Assembly: GCF_016278715.1 (NCBI RefSeq)
Contig: NZ_JADQBH010000108.1
Location: 6,761 to 70,760 of the forward strand
Origin: Marinilabilia sp.
GTDB lineage: Bacteria; Bacteroidota; Bacteroidia; Bacteroidales; Marinilabiliaceae
Direction: 5' to 3'
Length of the DNA stretch: 64,000 bases
Below the pieces are notes generated by a model. That model ran no database searches and was not told the DNA's origin. It saw only the letters and a program-made list of their open reading frames with translations. The translations under genes and the position numbers were made by a program. Shown here in pieces: positions 47,619 to 58,939 of this stretch. Within the stretch, counting starts at the first letter, position 1; the number at the start of each line of letters is the position of its first letter.

Positions 47619-49019
47619 CTATTCCACCACTTCTTCAGTCTGCTCTCCACCTTCAGGAAAGTCAGTATAAGTAGGTTGCTCTAAAGAAACCACTCTCCAG
47701 TTGTCCGTAAACACATCAACGGATGTTTCGGAAGAGGGGAATTCTGTTGCGTCGGAATCATTTCCTGTTATGTTGGCAAGTGTAAAATCAGTATTCTCGA
47801 AATAGATTCCAAAGTTCTTGTAACTTGACTCCTCGCGGGCTACCAATACATCTTCGAACGTATAACCCTCTTCTACATCAGAGAATGAATAGAAATCACT
47901 AAAAGGTACAGTAACCGTCACCCAACCATCCGTCTCAAAGGGAACAATTTCTCCATCCACGACCCAGGGCACATAGTTGTATGAGTCGCCACTCCATTCT
48001 CCACCATTAAAACTGTTGTGAAGACAAAGTTTCAGGAATCCGGTTCCGGACCAGGTGCCGGATACATAAACATCAAACTGGAAAGCGACTTCATTCACAG
48101 GCGTTGTCGCAGGAATATAAGAAGTAAGCTGACCTCTCCAGTCATCTACATCGTTACCGGCAGTCCAAACCTCGGTATTGCGACTGCTATTGGTTGGGAA
48201 GGAGGCGATTCTGTCGGGACGATGGGCAACATAAGTGCCCTGAGAAACAGGTCCCATTCCAATCACTTCAGATTCCAGATCCTCGTCGTTAATCATGCTT
48301 CCGTCTTCAGACCAGCTCCAGAATCCCTGCTGACCGTTACCGTCGAAATCCAGAATTACACCTTCTTTAAAGTTAAAATAAGCAGGTGAATATGCTCCAC
48401 CATTTGAGCCTTCAACGAAAAGGGATCCACTTTCAGTAAGTCCATCCGGAACAGTCACTATTACAAACTCCCCTTCCTCATCAGATGTAATTCCCTCGGT
48501 AACTTCCACGTCCCCGGGAAATACTACTTTGCTGATTTCCACAAGGCCGCTACCATAAATAATGATGGACTCGCCTGCCTGAGGCAACGTATGAGAAATG
48601 CTCGAAATAGCAGGAGAAGCAGCTCTGATTTCAAAGTCATAAACATACTCTGTTCCTGTCTTCACAAAGCGAATGGTGTTTCTCACATCATCTTCTGCTT
48701 CAATAGTAGGAGTATCCCCACTCAACTGAATGAGCATATTGTTATCGGTAACATAAACAGGATTGAAATAAGTATCATACCCATTGACATATACCTTCCG
48801 GATTCCGGCAAATCCGGAACCCTCAAGACGCAACACTTGTCCCAGGCGCGCAAAATCAACCTGACGGTCAGGAATATCAGAATCCACATCCTGAAGGTAA
48901 ACTGCCTTAACCGTTATAGGAGTATTATTTGCAGGATCCTCATCATCCTCGCATCCGAAGAAAGCGACGGAAGAGATAAGAAATCCCAGCAATAGCCATA
49001 TATTGATCGTTTTTTTCAT
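47619..49019 (-). CDS. Surface glycan-binding lipoprotein (SGBP) with IPT/TIG-like domains
   Basis: Lipobox FFGC, IPT-like repeats (LEGSGF, IYGSGL), aromatic-rich C-terminal domain; located between susD and GH10. Confidence 0.8.
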   Translation of the reverse strand: MKKTINIWLLLGFLISSVAFFGCEDDEDPANNTPITVKAVYLQDVDSDIPDRQVDFARLGQVLRLEGSGFAGIRKVYVNGYDTYFNPVYVTDNNMLIQLSGDTPTIEAEDDVRNTIRFVKTGTEYVYDFEIRAASPAISSISHTLPQAGESIIIYGSGLVEISKVVFPGDVEVTEGITSDEEGEFVIVTVPDGLTESGSLFVEGSNGGAYSPAYFNFKEGVILDFDGNGQQGFWSWSEDGSMINDEDLESEVIGMGPVSQGTYVAHRPDRIASFPTNSSRNTEVWTAGNDVDDWRGQLTSYIPATTPVNEVAFQFDVYVSGTWSGTGFLKLCLHNSFNGGEWSGDSYNYVPWVVDGEIVPFETDGWVTVTVPFSDFYSFSDVEEGYTFEDVLVAREESSYKNFGIYFENTDFTLANITGNDSDATEFPSSETSVDVFTDNWRVVSLEQPTYTDFPEGGEQTEEVVE

Positions 49020-49168
49020 GTGATTATAATTTATTTGTTATGGTCACATGGAACTTGCATGCAGAATAATCATACATAGATTTTTAATTTCCCTGCCATG
49101 CTCGTTTCATATTCTGTATTATTTAGTTAAGCCCTTCGTTTATTTTAAAATTCAAAGAATCTCAAATT

Positions 49169-50805
49169 TTACCGGAATACATTTATTCTCTCTTCTAAAA
49201 ACTCATAAGTCACAGGATCCTCTCTCAGCAGTGGGTTTTGCACCAGTTCTGACTCAGGATAAGGCAATAACAAATCCTCTGCAGTAGCTGTTGCAACCTG
49301 CTGGGCAGTATTTTCATCGCCTTCAACATAAGTTCCTGTTGCTTCATCATACTCATATTGAACAGCACGGTCCTGAGCGTCATTCACATAATTGAGGACT
49401 TCCTGCTGACGATAGTAAGAACGACGAACCAAGTCGTACCAGTATTGCCCTTCCATAGCCAATTCAATACGACGCTCGTAACGAATGTCTTCATAAGTAA
49501 TTTCTGACTTACTTGGCATGCCTGCACGTTCACGCACCTTATTAAAATATTCCAACGCTGTAGCATCTGTCGTTGATGCATTGTTGCCCAAAATAGCCTC
49601 GGCATATATCAGATAGACTTCAGCCAGCCGCAACATCTTGGTTGTCAAACCAGAGTTCATTCTGGCAACAACACCTTCAGTATCTTTCGCTGAACCAACG
49701 ACACCTTTTTGATATTAGCCCGGTCGGTTTCCTCATAAAGATATCCGCCGGCTGCCTGGTTAATTTCAGGATATTCTGCCCCATAAGTGGCAAATGTAGA
49801 ATGCAAGCGCACAGTTTCTCTGGAATCATATTCTCTGATCATATCCCAGGAAGCGAAAGTATAGTATCCCCATGCTGCATCATCACCTGTTATTTCAGAA
49901 TTCCAGGCAAAGTAAGCTTGTTGTGTATTGGTAATACCGTATTCGGTGGTTCCGCCAACCCATTGCAAAGCGAACAGGGACTCAGCGTCATTATTTCCGT
50001 CAAGAGTAAATAACTCGGCATAACTTTCATTCAATTCCAACCCGCTCTCCACACACACTTTCTCCGCAGCTTTCCTTGCCAGTTCCAGATACTCAGTATC
50101 GCGAATACCCCCATTACGGTCATCCACGTTATGCAATCCTGCATAGGAAAGATATAACCTTGCAAGCATACCATAAGCACTCCATTGATTCAACCGACCG
50201 TTCTGAGTTGCTTCCAAAGGCAAATGCGTAGCCGCAAATTCCAGATCACGGATGGCAAATTCAAAAACATCATTACGCGGGTTGGTCGGAATAATCGGGT
50301 TATTCACTATTGCAGCATTATCGGTGATAATGGGTACATTTCCCCATAATGAAGCAAGATACCAGTATGCAGTACCTCTCATAAACCGGGCTTCAGCAAT
50401 CGCTTCATTCTTGGCTTCTTCAGAAACATTGGTTGCATTGGCCTCAATATTATTAATGGTGTTATTGGCCTGACCAATTACATTATAGAATGATCCCCAG
50501 GCTGAGACCAGAGGGCCGGTAAGAGACGTCTCTGTAAAATTGGTAAATGGATAAACATAATCCGAATAAGGAGCAAAAATATTGTTTGCCCTTCCGTCTC
50601 CGAGTGCATAGTAGAATTTATCGTTAAAATCGAACCACACCTTGCCGTACAATGCGGCAGTGGCTACTCTCAGATCACTCTCACTGGTAAAGAAATTATC
50701 CAGTGTTATGGTATCATTCGATGGAACCTCCAGAAATCCGTCATCGCAAGAGCTGATACCAAGGCCGGCAATAGCCATTATTGTTAATATCTTTTTAATT
50801 TTCAT
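49169..50805 (-). pseudogene. susD: SusD/RagB lipoprotein split by a one-base deletion in an A5 run at 49706-49710
   Basis: ORFs 49657-50805 and 49169-49660; adding one A gives ...ANIKKGVVGSAKDTEGVVARMNSGLTTKMLRLAEVYL..., a continuous 545-aa SusD. May be a sequencing error. Confidence 0.85.
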
Positions 50806-50825
50806 TGTCTTTTACATTTACAGGT

Positions 50826-53800
50826 TTAAAACGAGATATTTACACCGAATGTATAGATTCTGGGTGAAGGATAACGTCCGTTATCTATACCCGTCATCAA
50901 AGCGTCCTGGTTGTACGAACCAACTTCAGGATCATATCCGGAGTACTTTGTAAATGTGTAAGCATTCTTCACTTTGGCATACACCTTTACAACATCAACG
51001 CCAACAGAAGAAATCCAGTCTTTAGGAAGCGTGTAACTCAATGAAACGTCCTGAATTCTAATGAATGAACCATCTTCCACAAAGCGGTCGCTCAACCTGT
51101 TGTTGGCATTGGATGAAGATGCAGCCAGTCGGGGCATCATAGGATCGCCACCGGTAATATGCGTATTGCGAATATCCACCGGACCGTCGGGATCTATTTG
51201 TTCAACCCGGGCATAGTCCAATGCGGAGGTATAAAGGTTGTGATTTTCTCTGGGGTTTTCCAGCCAACGTTTCTGATAATTAATCACGTCATTGCCGTAA
51301 AATCCGTTGAGGAAGATATTCAGATCAAACCCTTTATATGAGAATGTGTTTCCAATACCAAAGGTAAACTTAGGTTCCGGATTTCCGATATAAGTACGGT
51401 CTGATTCGTTAATCACACCGTCCGCGTTAATATCTTTAAAGATGTAATCGCCAATCCAGACACCAGTTTCACTGATTTCTAACCCTTCGGGACGAGCAAC
51501 TTCCTTTATATTCCCGGCATCATCCTTGTAGTAAAAGTCGGTTGCCTCATTGAACCGTCCGATGACCTTATAACCGTAAAACTGACCGATAGGCTGATCC
51601 ACAGCAGTCCGGGTAACAATGGTTGTTTCCGAACCTTCCTGAATGGTTTTATCAATAGTGCTGGTCTCAGTATCCATGCTCAACACTTTACTTCTGTTAA
51701 GTGTAAATACCAGATCTGTTTTCCAGAAGAAATCCCCACGATCCATATTTATTGTTGAAAGGGTTGCTTCAATACCTTTGTTTTCCAAAGAACCAACATT
51801 CATATAAGGAGATGATACAGAACCCTGTCCTTCAACCCCCATATATGCAGGGAGTGGAACATTCAGCAAAAGATCCTGAGTCTCTTTATAATACACATCC
51901 CCAATAAACTGAATCCGGTTATTAAACATATTCAGATCTAAACCTATGTTTGCAGAATAAGTTGTTTCCCATTTCAGATCGGGGTTTGCCATATTCTCAC
52001 TGATAAGGCCTGTTCCAAAAACGGTGGTTACGGGAGAAAGAACATTCGTATAGGCGTAATCAGACCCAACATTTTGGTTACCCACAGCTCCGTATCCCAG
52101 CCTAAGTTTAAGATTATTGATAGAAGAAACCCCGCTCATAAATGATTCATTGGAAACTTTCCATCCAAAAGCAGCAGATGGGAAAAGTCCCCATTTATTG
52201 CCTTCTGCAAATTTGGAAGATCCATCATAACGTAAGGTAGCAGTTAACTGATACTTGTTGTCAAAAGAGTAAAACGCACGCCCGAAATATGATATTATCG
52301 AGTTTCCTCCGGAGCTACTCCCTGCATTAGCAGTGGTTCCGTCTCCCAGATTCAAATCGTGTCCCACATTACTCACAAAACCACTTCGGTATCCCGACAA
52401 ATACTCCCAGTGAGATTTTTGCATTTCATGACCAAGCATCACCTTGACAGAATGCATTTCCGCAAAGGTACGATCGAAGGAAACCAAATTGTTCCAGGAA
52501 TAGAACTTACTGTAGGACTTCGTTCTGGTAGATTCAATTACTTCATTGGTAATAGCTCCAAACGAGTAAGATGGATTGAATTGATATGTATTGGTCATTC
52601 CAAGATCACTTGCGAACTCTGTCTTAAATGTAAGACCGTCCATGAATTTAACCTCTCCAAAAACATTACTGCGGATCCCGGTCTTCTCGTTTTCGTTTTC
52701 CCGGAGCATTGCCATCCCCACGGGGTTGGTTTGAACATACATATCTGTATCGGGACCATCAAATGTACCATCAGCGTTACGCACAGCAACATTAGGAGTT
52801 TGCTTCATGGCAACTTTAATCAGGTTTGCATCCTCTACAGTTACCTGCTGCTCGGAGTTATTAAGTGCAAAGTTCACACCGGCACGAAACCACTCATTCA
52901 CATCAGCATTAAAGTTTCCACGCAAATTATACCTGGTAAATCCGGACCCAATGGCAATACCTTCCTGATCAAGAAAGCCGGCAGCCAATGCATAAGTATT
53001 GTTTTCCCCACCTCCACTTACAGAGAGGTTATGGCTTTGAATACTAGCCTGTGTAAAAAGTTCATCCTGCCAATCAGTTCCTTCTCCCAGCAAATCAGGC
53101 CGTATAAAATAATTATCTCTGGTAACAATACCGGCATCAGCACGATTGTTTTTGTGCATGGCATATTGTTGAAGGTTGAGCAAATCAAGCTTGGTAGCCA
53201 TTTCCTGCACACCATAATAACCGTTGTAGGAAACAAAACTTTTACCTTTTTCACCTTGTTTGGTGTTAATAATGACAACACCATTAGCCGCACGCGATCC
53301 ATAGATGGCTGTTGCTGAGGCATCCTTCAGAATATCCATAGAAACAATGTCATTGGGGTTAATGGATGCCAAAACATTTTCGCTGTTACTTCCGGTAGAA
53401 CCATCAACAATCACACCGTCAATAACAAATATAGGTTCTGTAGATGAGGTCAAAGAACTGATACCCCGAATACGGATGGATGAACCACCACCGGGAGTAC
53501 CTGAATTCTGCATAACCTGTACACCAGCTGCACGACCTTGTAAAACCTGATCAACAGAGGTTGATACGGTTTCCTGGATCGATTCGCTCGAAACAGACAC
53601 GACAGAACCTGTAAGGTCACTTCGTTTCATTTGTCCATAACCAACAACTACAACTTCATCAAGTGCCTGCACATCTTCCTGCATTTGCACATTGATTTCA
53701 GTACGTCCCTCAACCGAAATCACCTGAGATTCAAATCCGATAAAATTGAATCGCAACTGACCGTCGGCAGGAACTTCAACATTGTAATTTCCATCCACAT

Positions 53801-53978
53801 CGGTAATGGTTCCCTGGGAGGTTCCCACAACCATAATATTGACCCCCGGAAGGGGCCCCATATCATCTGTTACGTTTCCTGTCACCATTATATTTTGAGA
53901 CAAGGCAACAAAAGAAACAGATAGCAAGAAGAACATTGCTAAAAATGTCCTTCTTAAAAATAAATCAGTTTTTCTCAT
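50826..53978 (-). CDS. susC: SusC/RagA TonB-dependent transporter of the xylan PUL
   Basis: EVVVVGYG, LKDASATAIYGSRAANGVVII and YPSPRIYTFGVNISF motifs. Confidence 0.96.
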   Translation of the reverse strand: MRKTDLFLRRTFLAMFFLLSVSFVALSQNIMVTGNVTDDMGPLPGVNIMVVGTSQGTITDVDGNYNVEVPADGQLRFNFIGFESQVISVEGRTEINVQMQEDVQALDEVVVVGYGQMKRSDLTGSVVSVSSESIQETVSTSVDQVLQGRAAGVQVMQNSGTPGGGSSIRIRGISSLTSSTEPIFVIDGVIVDGSTGSNSENVLASINPNDIVSMDILKDASATAIYGSRAANGVVIINTKQGEKGKSFVSYNGYYGVQEMATKLDLLNLQQYAMHKNNRADAGIVTRDNYFIRPDLLGEGTDWQDELFTQASIQSHNLSVSGGGENNTYALAAGFLDQEGIAIGSGFTRYNLRGNFNADVNEWFRAGVNFALNNSEQQVTVEDANLIKVAMKQTPNVAVRNADGTFDGPDTDMYVQTNPVGMAMLRENENEKTGIRSNVFGEVKFMDGLTFKTEFASDLGMTNTYQFNPSYSFGAITNEVIESTRTKSYSKFYSWNNLVSFDRTFAEMHSVKVMLGHEMQKSHWEYLSGYRSGFVSNVGHDLNLGDGTTANAGSSSGGNSIISYFGRAFYSFDNKYQLTATLRYDGSSKFAEGNKWGLFPSAAFGWKVSNESFMSGVSSINNLKLRLGYGAVGNQNVGSDYAYTNVLSPVTTVFGTGLISENMANPDLKWETTYSANIGLDLNMFNNRIQFIGDVYYKETQDLLLNVPLPAYMGVEGQGSVSSPYMNVGSLENKGIEATLSTINMDRGDFFWKTDLVFTLNRSKVLSMDTETSTIDKTIQEGSETTIVTRTAVDQPIGQFYGYKVIGRFNEATDFYYKDDAGNIKEVARPEGLEISETGVWIGDYIFKDINADGVINESDRTYIGNPEPKFTFGIGNTFSYKGFDLNIFLNGFYGNDVINYQKRWLENPRENHNLYTSALDYARVEQIDPDGPVDIRNTHITGGDPMMPRLAASSSNANNRLSDRFVEDGSFIRIQDVSLSYTLPKDWISSVGVDVVKVYAKVKNAYTFTKYSGYDPEVGSYNQDALMTGIDNGRYPSPRIYTFGVNISF

Positions 53979-54206
53979 TTGAAAAGATTTTTCTGGTTAG
54001 GAAATTCTTTAAGCAATTTCCATACTCGCTACTTTCAGTAAATGCTCTATTGTTCTGTGCTGTTCCGCATTTACTATAAAAAATAAATCATTGCTGTTTT
54101 AAGTAATCAATTTTTCCACATCCATTAAAGGGTAAATTTTCATAAGCAAAAAGTTTTTGAAGAGTTTTAAACGTTTTTTAACATCACGAATATACAAGAT
54201 GCCAAT

Positions 54207-54284
54207 GCGAAAAAAGCAGACATTTTTGCGAAAAAAGTAGACATTTTTATTTAAAGGTAGACGGCAACACTGAAACAAGTAGAC
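54207..54284 (-). promoter_or_regulatory. Putative HTCS operator array upstream of susC
   Basis: Tandem 21-mer gcgaaaaaag(c/t)agacattttt twice, plus gtagac boxes at 54257 and 54279; -7-like TATATTCG at 54187-54194 (minus). Confidence 0.65.
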
Positions 54285-54492
54285 AAATATGAAATTTGTT
54301 AAAACATGAGTCAAAAAAAATTTTTCAGTAGAGATTTTTACCACAATCAGTTTCTCTAAATGTCAAAATCAGACACTCAAATATCTAAAAGTAAAAAGAA
54401 GATTTTGGCTCTTTGATTATCCAAAAACAGAAATTCTCAAAAACAAAATTTAACATTCACGGTTTCCGGTGTCAGGTATTAAAGTACCATTC

Positions 54493-54546
54493 GTGAGGAG
54501 AGGGGTTTGATTTTCGGTAAGTTGAAAATCAAACCCCTCTCCTCAC
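54493..54546. repeat. Perfect 23-bp hairpin downstream of the HTCS gene
   Basis: gtgaggagaggggtttgattttc - ggtaagtt - gaaaatcaaacccctctcctcac. Confidence 0.8.
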
Positions 54547-54674
54547 CTTGCCACAAAAGAGTTTGATCATTGCGAGCGGAACGAAGCATTTCAAATTGTT
54601 ACTTCTCAACCCACCCAACAATAACAACATGTCTTTAAACATCTTGTCCCTCAAGGAACTTCCGGAAGATAATA

Positions 54675-57600
54675 TTACATATGATGTTCCTTAATGTACT
54701 GGGTAGGCTTTTTCCCAATCTGTTTAGAGAAACATTTACTGAAGTACTTGGGATCCGAAAAGCCTACCATAAAACTCACCTCAGACACGGAAAGTTTATC
54801 CTGTCGGAATATTTGTGCAGCTCTCTTAATCCTCATTGAGCGAATAAACTCAACCAGAGCAAGACCCGTCATTGACTTCACTTTCTTGAGGATAATTGAA
54901 TGACTCATATGCATATCGTCCACAAGTACTGAAACATCAAAAGAAGGATCGCCCATTTTGCTTTCGGTCACTTCCATTAATCGGGTAAGAAACTTTTCAT
55001 CAGCAGGAGTAATAATTTCTTCAGAAGGTTCCAAAGACAATTTGCCGGCAAATTTTTTCTTAAATGCCATTCTGGAATTCACAAGTGAACTTACCTGAGC
55101 TTTGAGAATGTTGATATTAAAAGGTTTTGTAATGTAGCTGTCGGCTCCGGTTTTCAAGCCCTCAAGCATACTTTCATCGCCTGCTTTGGCAGTAAGCAGG
55201 ATAACAGGAATATGACTGGTTTCAAAACGCTTTTTCAGATTGCCGGTCAGGTCTGTGCCAAGCATTCCGGGAAGCATTACATCACAGATAATAATCTCCG
55301 GCATCCGGGATATGATGCCTGAAAAAGCCTCTTTCCCGTCATGAAAAACAGAAACATTAAACTCCCCCCCAAATACGTTCGCCAACCAATTTGCCAATTC
55401 ATGATCATCCTCCACTATACACATGCCCGGCTTTTCAACTCCTTCTTCATCGGAGTAATACTCTTGATCGGGGAGTTCCTCAGAATTAAATGACTCTCCC
55501 GGCAGTTCAGAAATAAATGCTGAATCATGAACATCGCCTTCAACATTATCTGCCGTTTCGGGCAGCACAATCTCAAAACAACAGCCTCCTCCGGGTTTAT
55601 TATATGCCTTAACCTCACCCTTATTAAGGGCAACAAACTCTTTAACAATAGAAAGCCCGATTCCGGAACCACCCAGATGCGAATGAATTCCCGATTTCAC
55701 CTGATTGAACCGCTCAAAAACACTTTCCAGCTGATGTTCGGGGATTCCTGGCCCGGAATCACATACCCGGATAATTACTCTCCGGCAAACAGAAGAATTG
55801 TTCTCATTTTCATCATATTCCAGTCGAATAAAGACCTTTCCACCAGCCTGAGTAAACTTCATAGCATTGGACAACAAGTTGTATAATGCAGTAGAAATCA
55901 TCTTTTCGTCTGCAGTCAGCCAAATTTCTTTTTCTGTTTCCACCTTGACCTCAATATTCTTTTGACCGGCAAGAGAATCAAAAGCAGCTAAAGTATCGTG
56001 ACACAACTCAACAAGATTGAATCTGGATGGTTTCAGTTCCGAATGCCCGGTATCAATTTTCCTGAACTCAAGAAGTTGATCCACCATATTCAAAAGACGC
56101 TTAACATTCCTGTGCATAATAGAAAGAGTTCCATATACCTCCTTATTGATGTCACTACGGTTTAAAATCTCCTGTAAAGGGGCATAAATCAAGGTAAGAG
56201 GGGTACGAATCTCATGAGAAATATTGGTAAAGAAGCGCATCTTGGCTTCTGTCAGCTCATTATCTTTTTTATGCTGAATACTCTCAATAATGAGGTTGTT
56301 TTTTTGTTTGGCTCCAATAAGGGAGTATTTTCGGAAAGTAAACAATAAAAAAACCAGCAAGGCAAAATAAGCGATATAAGCCCATACCGTTCTCCACAGT
56401 GGAGGGCGGATAGTTACCGGAATTGCGGCAGTTTCAGAAAACCACTCGCCGGAAGTGTCGGTAGCCCTGACTTCGAACAAATAATCCCCTTCATGCAAGT
56501 TGGTATAAGTGGCTCTTCGATTCTCACTATCAGTCTCCTGCCAGGAATCATTAAAACCTTTCAGTCGAAAAGCATACCTGACATTCCCCGGATTTGAAAA
56601 ATGAAGTGCTGAAAACTCAAAGGTCAATTCATTATTACTATGAGACAACATTAAATGGTCAGTATAAGTAACATTCTTCTCCAAAATCTTTTTCCCGTTC
56701 ACTTCTTCATTCGGATATACCGGATTGTTGTGCAAGCGCAAACCAGTAATTTGCACTTTGGGCGGAAAGGGATTGGTTCGCATGCTGTCGGGATGAAAAA
56801 CAGCAACACCGTCCACACCGCCAAAATACATCATCCCGGTTCCGGGGTCTTTATAAGAGGCATTCAAATGAAATTCGCCCGAGGGTAGTCCGTCATTAGC
56901 ACCATAATTGGTAAACGACTCTTTTTCTGCATCAAACTTGGAAATCCCTCTATTGGTTCCCATCCATAAATGCCCACTTTCATCTTCCTCAATAAAAAGC
57001 ACCAATCCTCCGGCCAAACCATCCTTTTCAGAATAGGACCGGAAAGCCAACTCCCCATTTTCAGCTGACTTGACTAGCCCCTTTTCCTGATTGTATAGCA
57101 CTTTGTTTAACCCACTTCCTGTGGCCAGCCAAATATCTCCATCCCGGTCTTCCCAAATATCGTAAACATCATTGTAACTCAGGCTTTCTGTATTGCCACT
57201 AATATTTCGATAAGCTTTGAATTCGCCGGTTCGGGAAACGACTTTATCTTTGTTACAAACATTAATTCCACCTCCTTTTGTGCCTACCCAGAGAAGTCCG
57301 TTGGAATCTTCGAAAATGCACAAAACCTTATCACTACTCAACCCCAACGAATTGGCGGAAGTTCCAAAATAATGTTCTACATTGTCAGTTTCTTTATCAA
57401 TAAATCCCAATCCCCGGCCCCATGTACCAAACCACACACGCTTTCCGACATCCTCGAAAAGAGAAAAAACGAATCCATCAACGGCATAATTTCTAATCTC
57501 CCCAGATTGACTGTAAACACTCACACTATTGCTCGCCGAACCAATCCACAACTCTTCATCACGCCCCACCAAAAGCGCCATAACCTCCTTTGAAAATTGC

Positions 57601-58877
57601 TGATTAGAAACGTACACACGGGGAATATTATTAATTTTGGAAAGTGATTTATTATCATTAGAAAACACATCAATTCCTGCTGCAGCAGTTCCCACCCAAA
57701 TTCGGTTTCCTTTTCCTGTCAAGGCAGTTACCAAATTGTCACTTAAACCTTTGTCGGATGAGTTTCCGGGACGGATAATATGAAAGCATTTGGAATAAAG
57801 GTCGGAATAGGCCAATCCTTTACTCTCCGTTCCTACCCAAAGCACGCCGGTGCGGTCAATCATCAAGGAATTGATAAGGTCGTCCGGAACCGATGTGTTA
57901 TCTTCAAATGAATACAGATAATTTCCAACAATACGGTTATCTTTTATTTTGTAGAGTCCCGCCCCACGGGTTCCGGCCCACAAATTACCTTTATAGTCAA
58001 AGGCAAGATCTTCTACCCAATCCACTTCAAGATTTCTTTCAGGCGATAATGCATTGGAATGAAAATGAACAATTTCATCTGGTTCTTCAAGTTTAGTTGA
58101 AGGAAATATCTTAAATAATCCATCATAAGACGCGGCCCAAACAGAGCCATCGTCATCAAGCACAATAGATGTAAAGACCGTCACTCCCAGCGTTTGAGCC
58201 GAAAGAGAGGTGAATTCATTATCTTCAATATTGTATTTGAACAGTCCTTCTTCCCCTCCAACAACTAAAACCCCTTTCCGGATCTCTTTAATCACAGTAA
58301 TGGAAATATTTTTTTTGTCGGGTTCAAAAATTTTTCCCTCGGCACTATAATACCTGGCTGTTTCAGAAACATTGCGAATCATATTTCGCTCACCTGTTTC
58401 GTCAGCAGAAAAAAGCAAAAGCCCCTCCGAGGTACCTGCCCACAGATTATTCATACTATCGGTTTCCAAATCCTGAACCAGATCATCGTATGTCAGATTA
58501 TTATAACGTGTGATTTCTCCGGTAGCAAAATGTAAACGATTAATTCCTCCGCTTCGGGTCCCTATCCATAAATATTTATCCTGATCGTTTTCGAGACAAA
58601 TAATTTCATTATTGGAGAGTGACTCAGAATCTAGTTGATCGTATTTAAATGTGAGAAATTCATATCCGTCATAACGGTTGAGGCCGTCCTTGGTTCCAAT
58701 CCAGATAAAGCCTTTATTGTCCTGAAGCATACAATAGACCGATGATTGTGACAGCCCCTGGCTAACAGGAATATCGCGAAAATAAAGACCTGAATCCCAA
58801 CCTGACCGGCCACCTGCAACGACAGAAACCAGAAAAAACAAAAACAAAAATTTAAGAAACAACTTTTTACAACTCAT
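54675..58877 (-). CDS. Hybrid two-component system sensor/regulator (beta-propeller, Y_Y_Y, HisKA, HATPase, REC, AraC)
   Basis: WIGT repeats, FFTNISHEIRTPLTL, GSGIGL, CDVMLPGM and VGFSDPKYFSKCF motifs. Confidence 0.96.
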   Translation of the reverse strand: MSCKKLFLKFLFLFFLVSVVAGGRSGWDSGLYFRDIPVSQGLSQSSVYCMLQDNKGFIWIGTKDGLNRYDGYEFLTFKYDQLDSESLSNNEIICLENDQDKYLWIGTRSGGINRLHFATGEITRYNNLTYDDLVQDLETDSMNNLWAGTSEGLLLFSADETGERNMIRNVSETARYYSAEGKIFEPDKKNISITVIKEIRKGVLVVGGEEGLFKYNIEDNEFTSLSAQTLGVTVFTSIVLDDDGSVWAASYDGLFKIFPSTKLEEPDEIVHFHSNALSPERNLEVDWVEDLAFDYKGNLWAGTRGAGLYKIKDNRIVGNYLYSFEDNTSVPDDLINSLMIDRTGVLWVGTESKGLAYSDLYSKCFHIIRPGNSSDKGLSDNLVTALTGKGNRIWVGTAAAGIDVFSNDNKSLSKINNIPRVYVSNQQFSKEVMALLVGRDEELWIGSASNSVSVYSQSGEIRNYAVDGFVFSLFEDVGKRVWFGTWGRGLGFIDKETDNVEHYFGTSANSLGLSSDKVLCIFEDSNGLLWVGTKGGGINVCNKDKVVSRTGEFKAYRNISGNTESLSYNDVYDIWEDRDGDIWLATGSGLNKVLYNQEKGLVKSAENGELAFRSYSEKDGLAGGLVLFIEEDESGHLWMGTNRGISKFDAEKESFTNYGANDGLPSGEFHLNASYKDPGTGMMYFGGVDGVAVFHPDSMRTNPFPPKVQITGLRLHNNPVYPNEEVNGKKILEKNVTYTDHLMLSHSNNELTFEFSALHFSNPGNVRYAFRLKGFNDSWQETDSENRRATYTNLHEGDYLFEVRATDTSGEWFSETAAIPVTIRPPLWRTVWAYIAYFALLVFLLFTFRKYSLIGAKQKNNLIIESIQHKKDNELTEAKMRFFTNISHEIRTPLTLIYAPLQEILNRSDINKEVYGTLSIMHRNVKRLLNMVDQLLEFRKIDTGHSELKPSRFNLVELCHDTLAAFDSLAGQKNIEVKVETEKEIWLTADEKMISTALYNLLSNAMKFTQAGGKVFIRLEYDENENNSSVCRRVIIRVCDSGPGIPEHQLESVFERFNQVKSGIHSHLGGSGIGLSIVKEFVALNKGEVKAYNKPGGGCCFEIVLPETADNVEGDVHDSAFISELPGESFNSEELPDQEYYSDEEGVEKPGMCIVEDDHELANWLANVFGGEFNVSVFHDGKEAFSGIISRMPEIIICDVMLPGMLGTDLTGNLKKRFETSHIPVILLTAKAGDESMLEGLKTGADSYITKPFNINILKAQVSSLVNSRMAFKKKFAGKLSLEPSEEIITPADEKFLTRLMEVTESKMGDPSFDVSVLVDDMHMSHSIILKKVKSMTGLALVEFIRSMRIKRAAQIFRQDKLSVSEVSFMVGFSDPKYFSKCFSKQIGKKPTQYIKEHHM

Positions 58878-58939
58878 CGGTGAATAGTTTTTCAGCAGTG
58901 AACTGATTCTAAGATACTACTCTTTTAACGGATTTTGCA

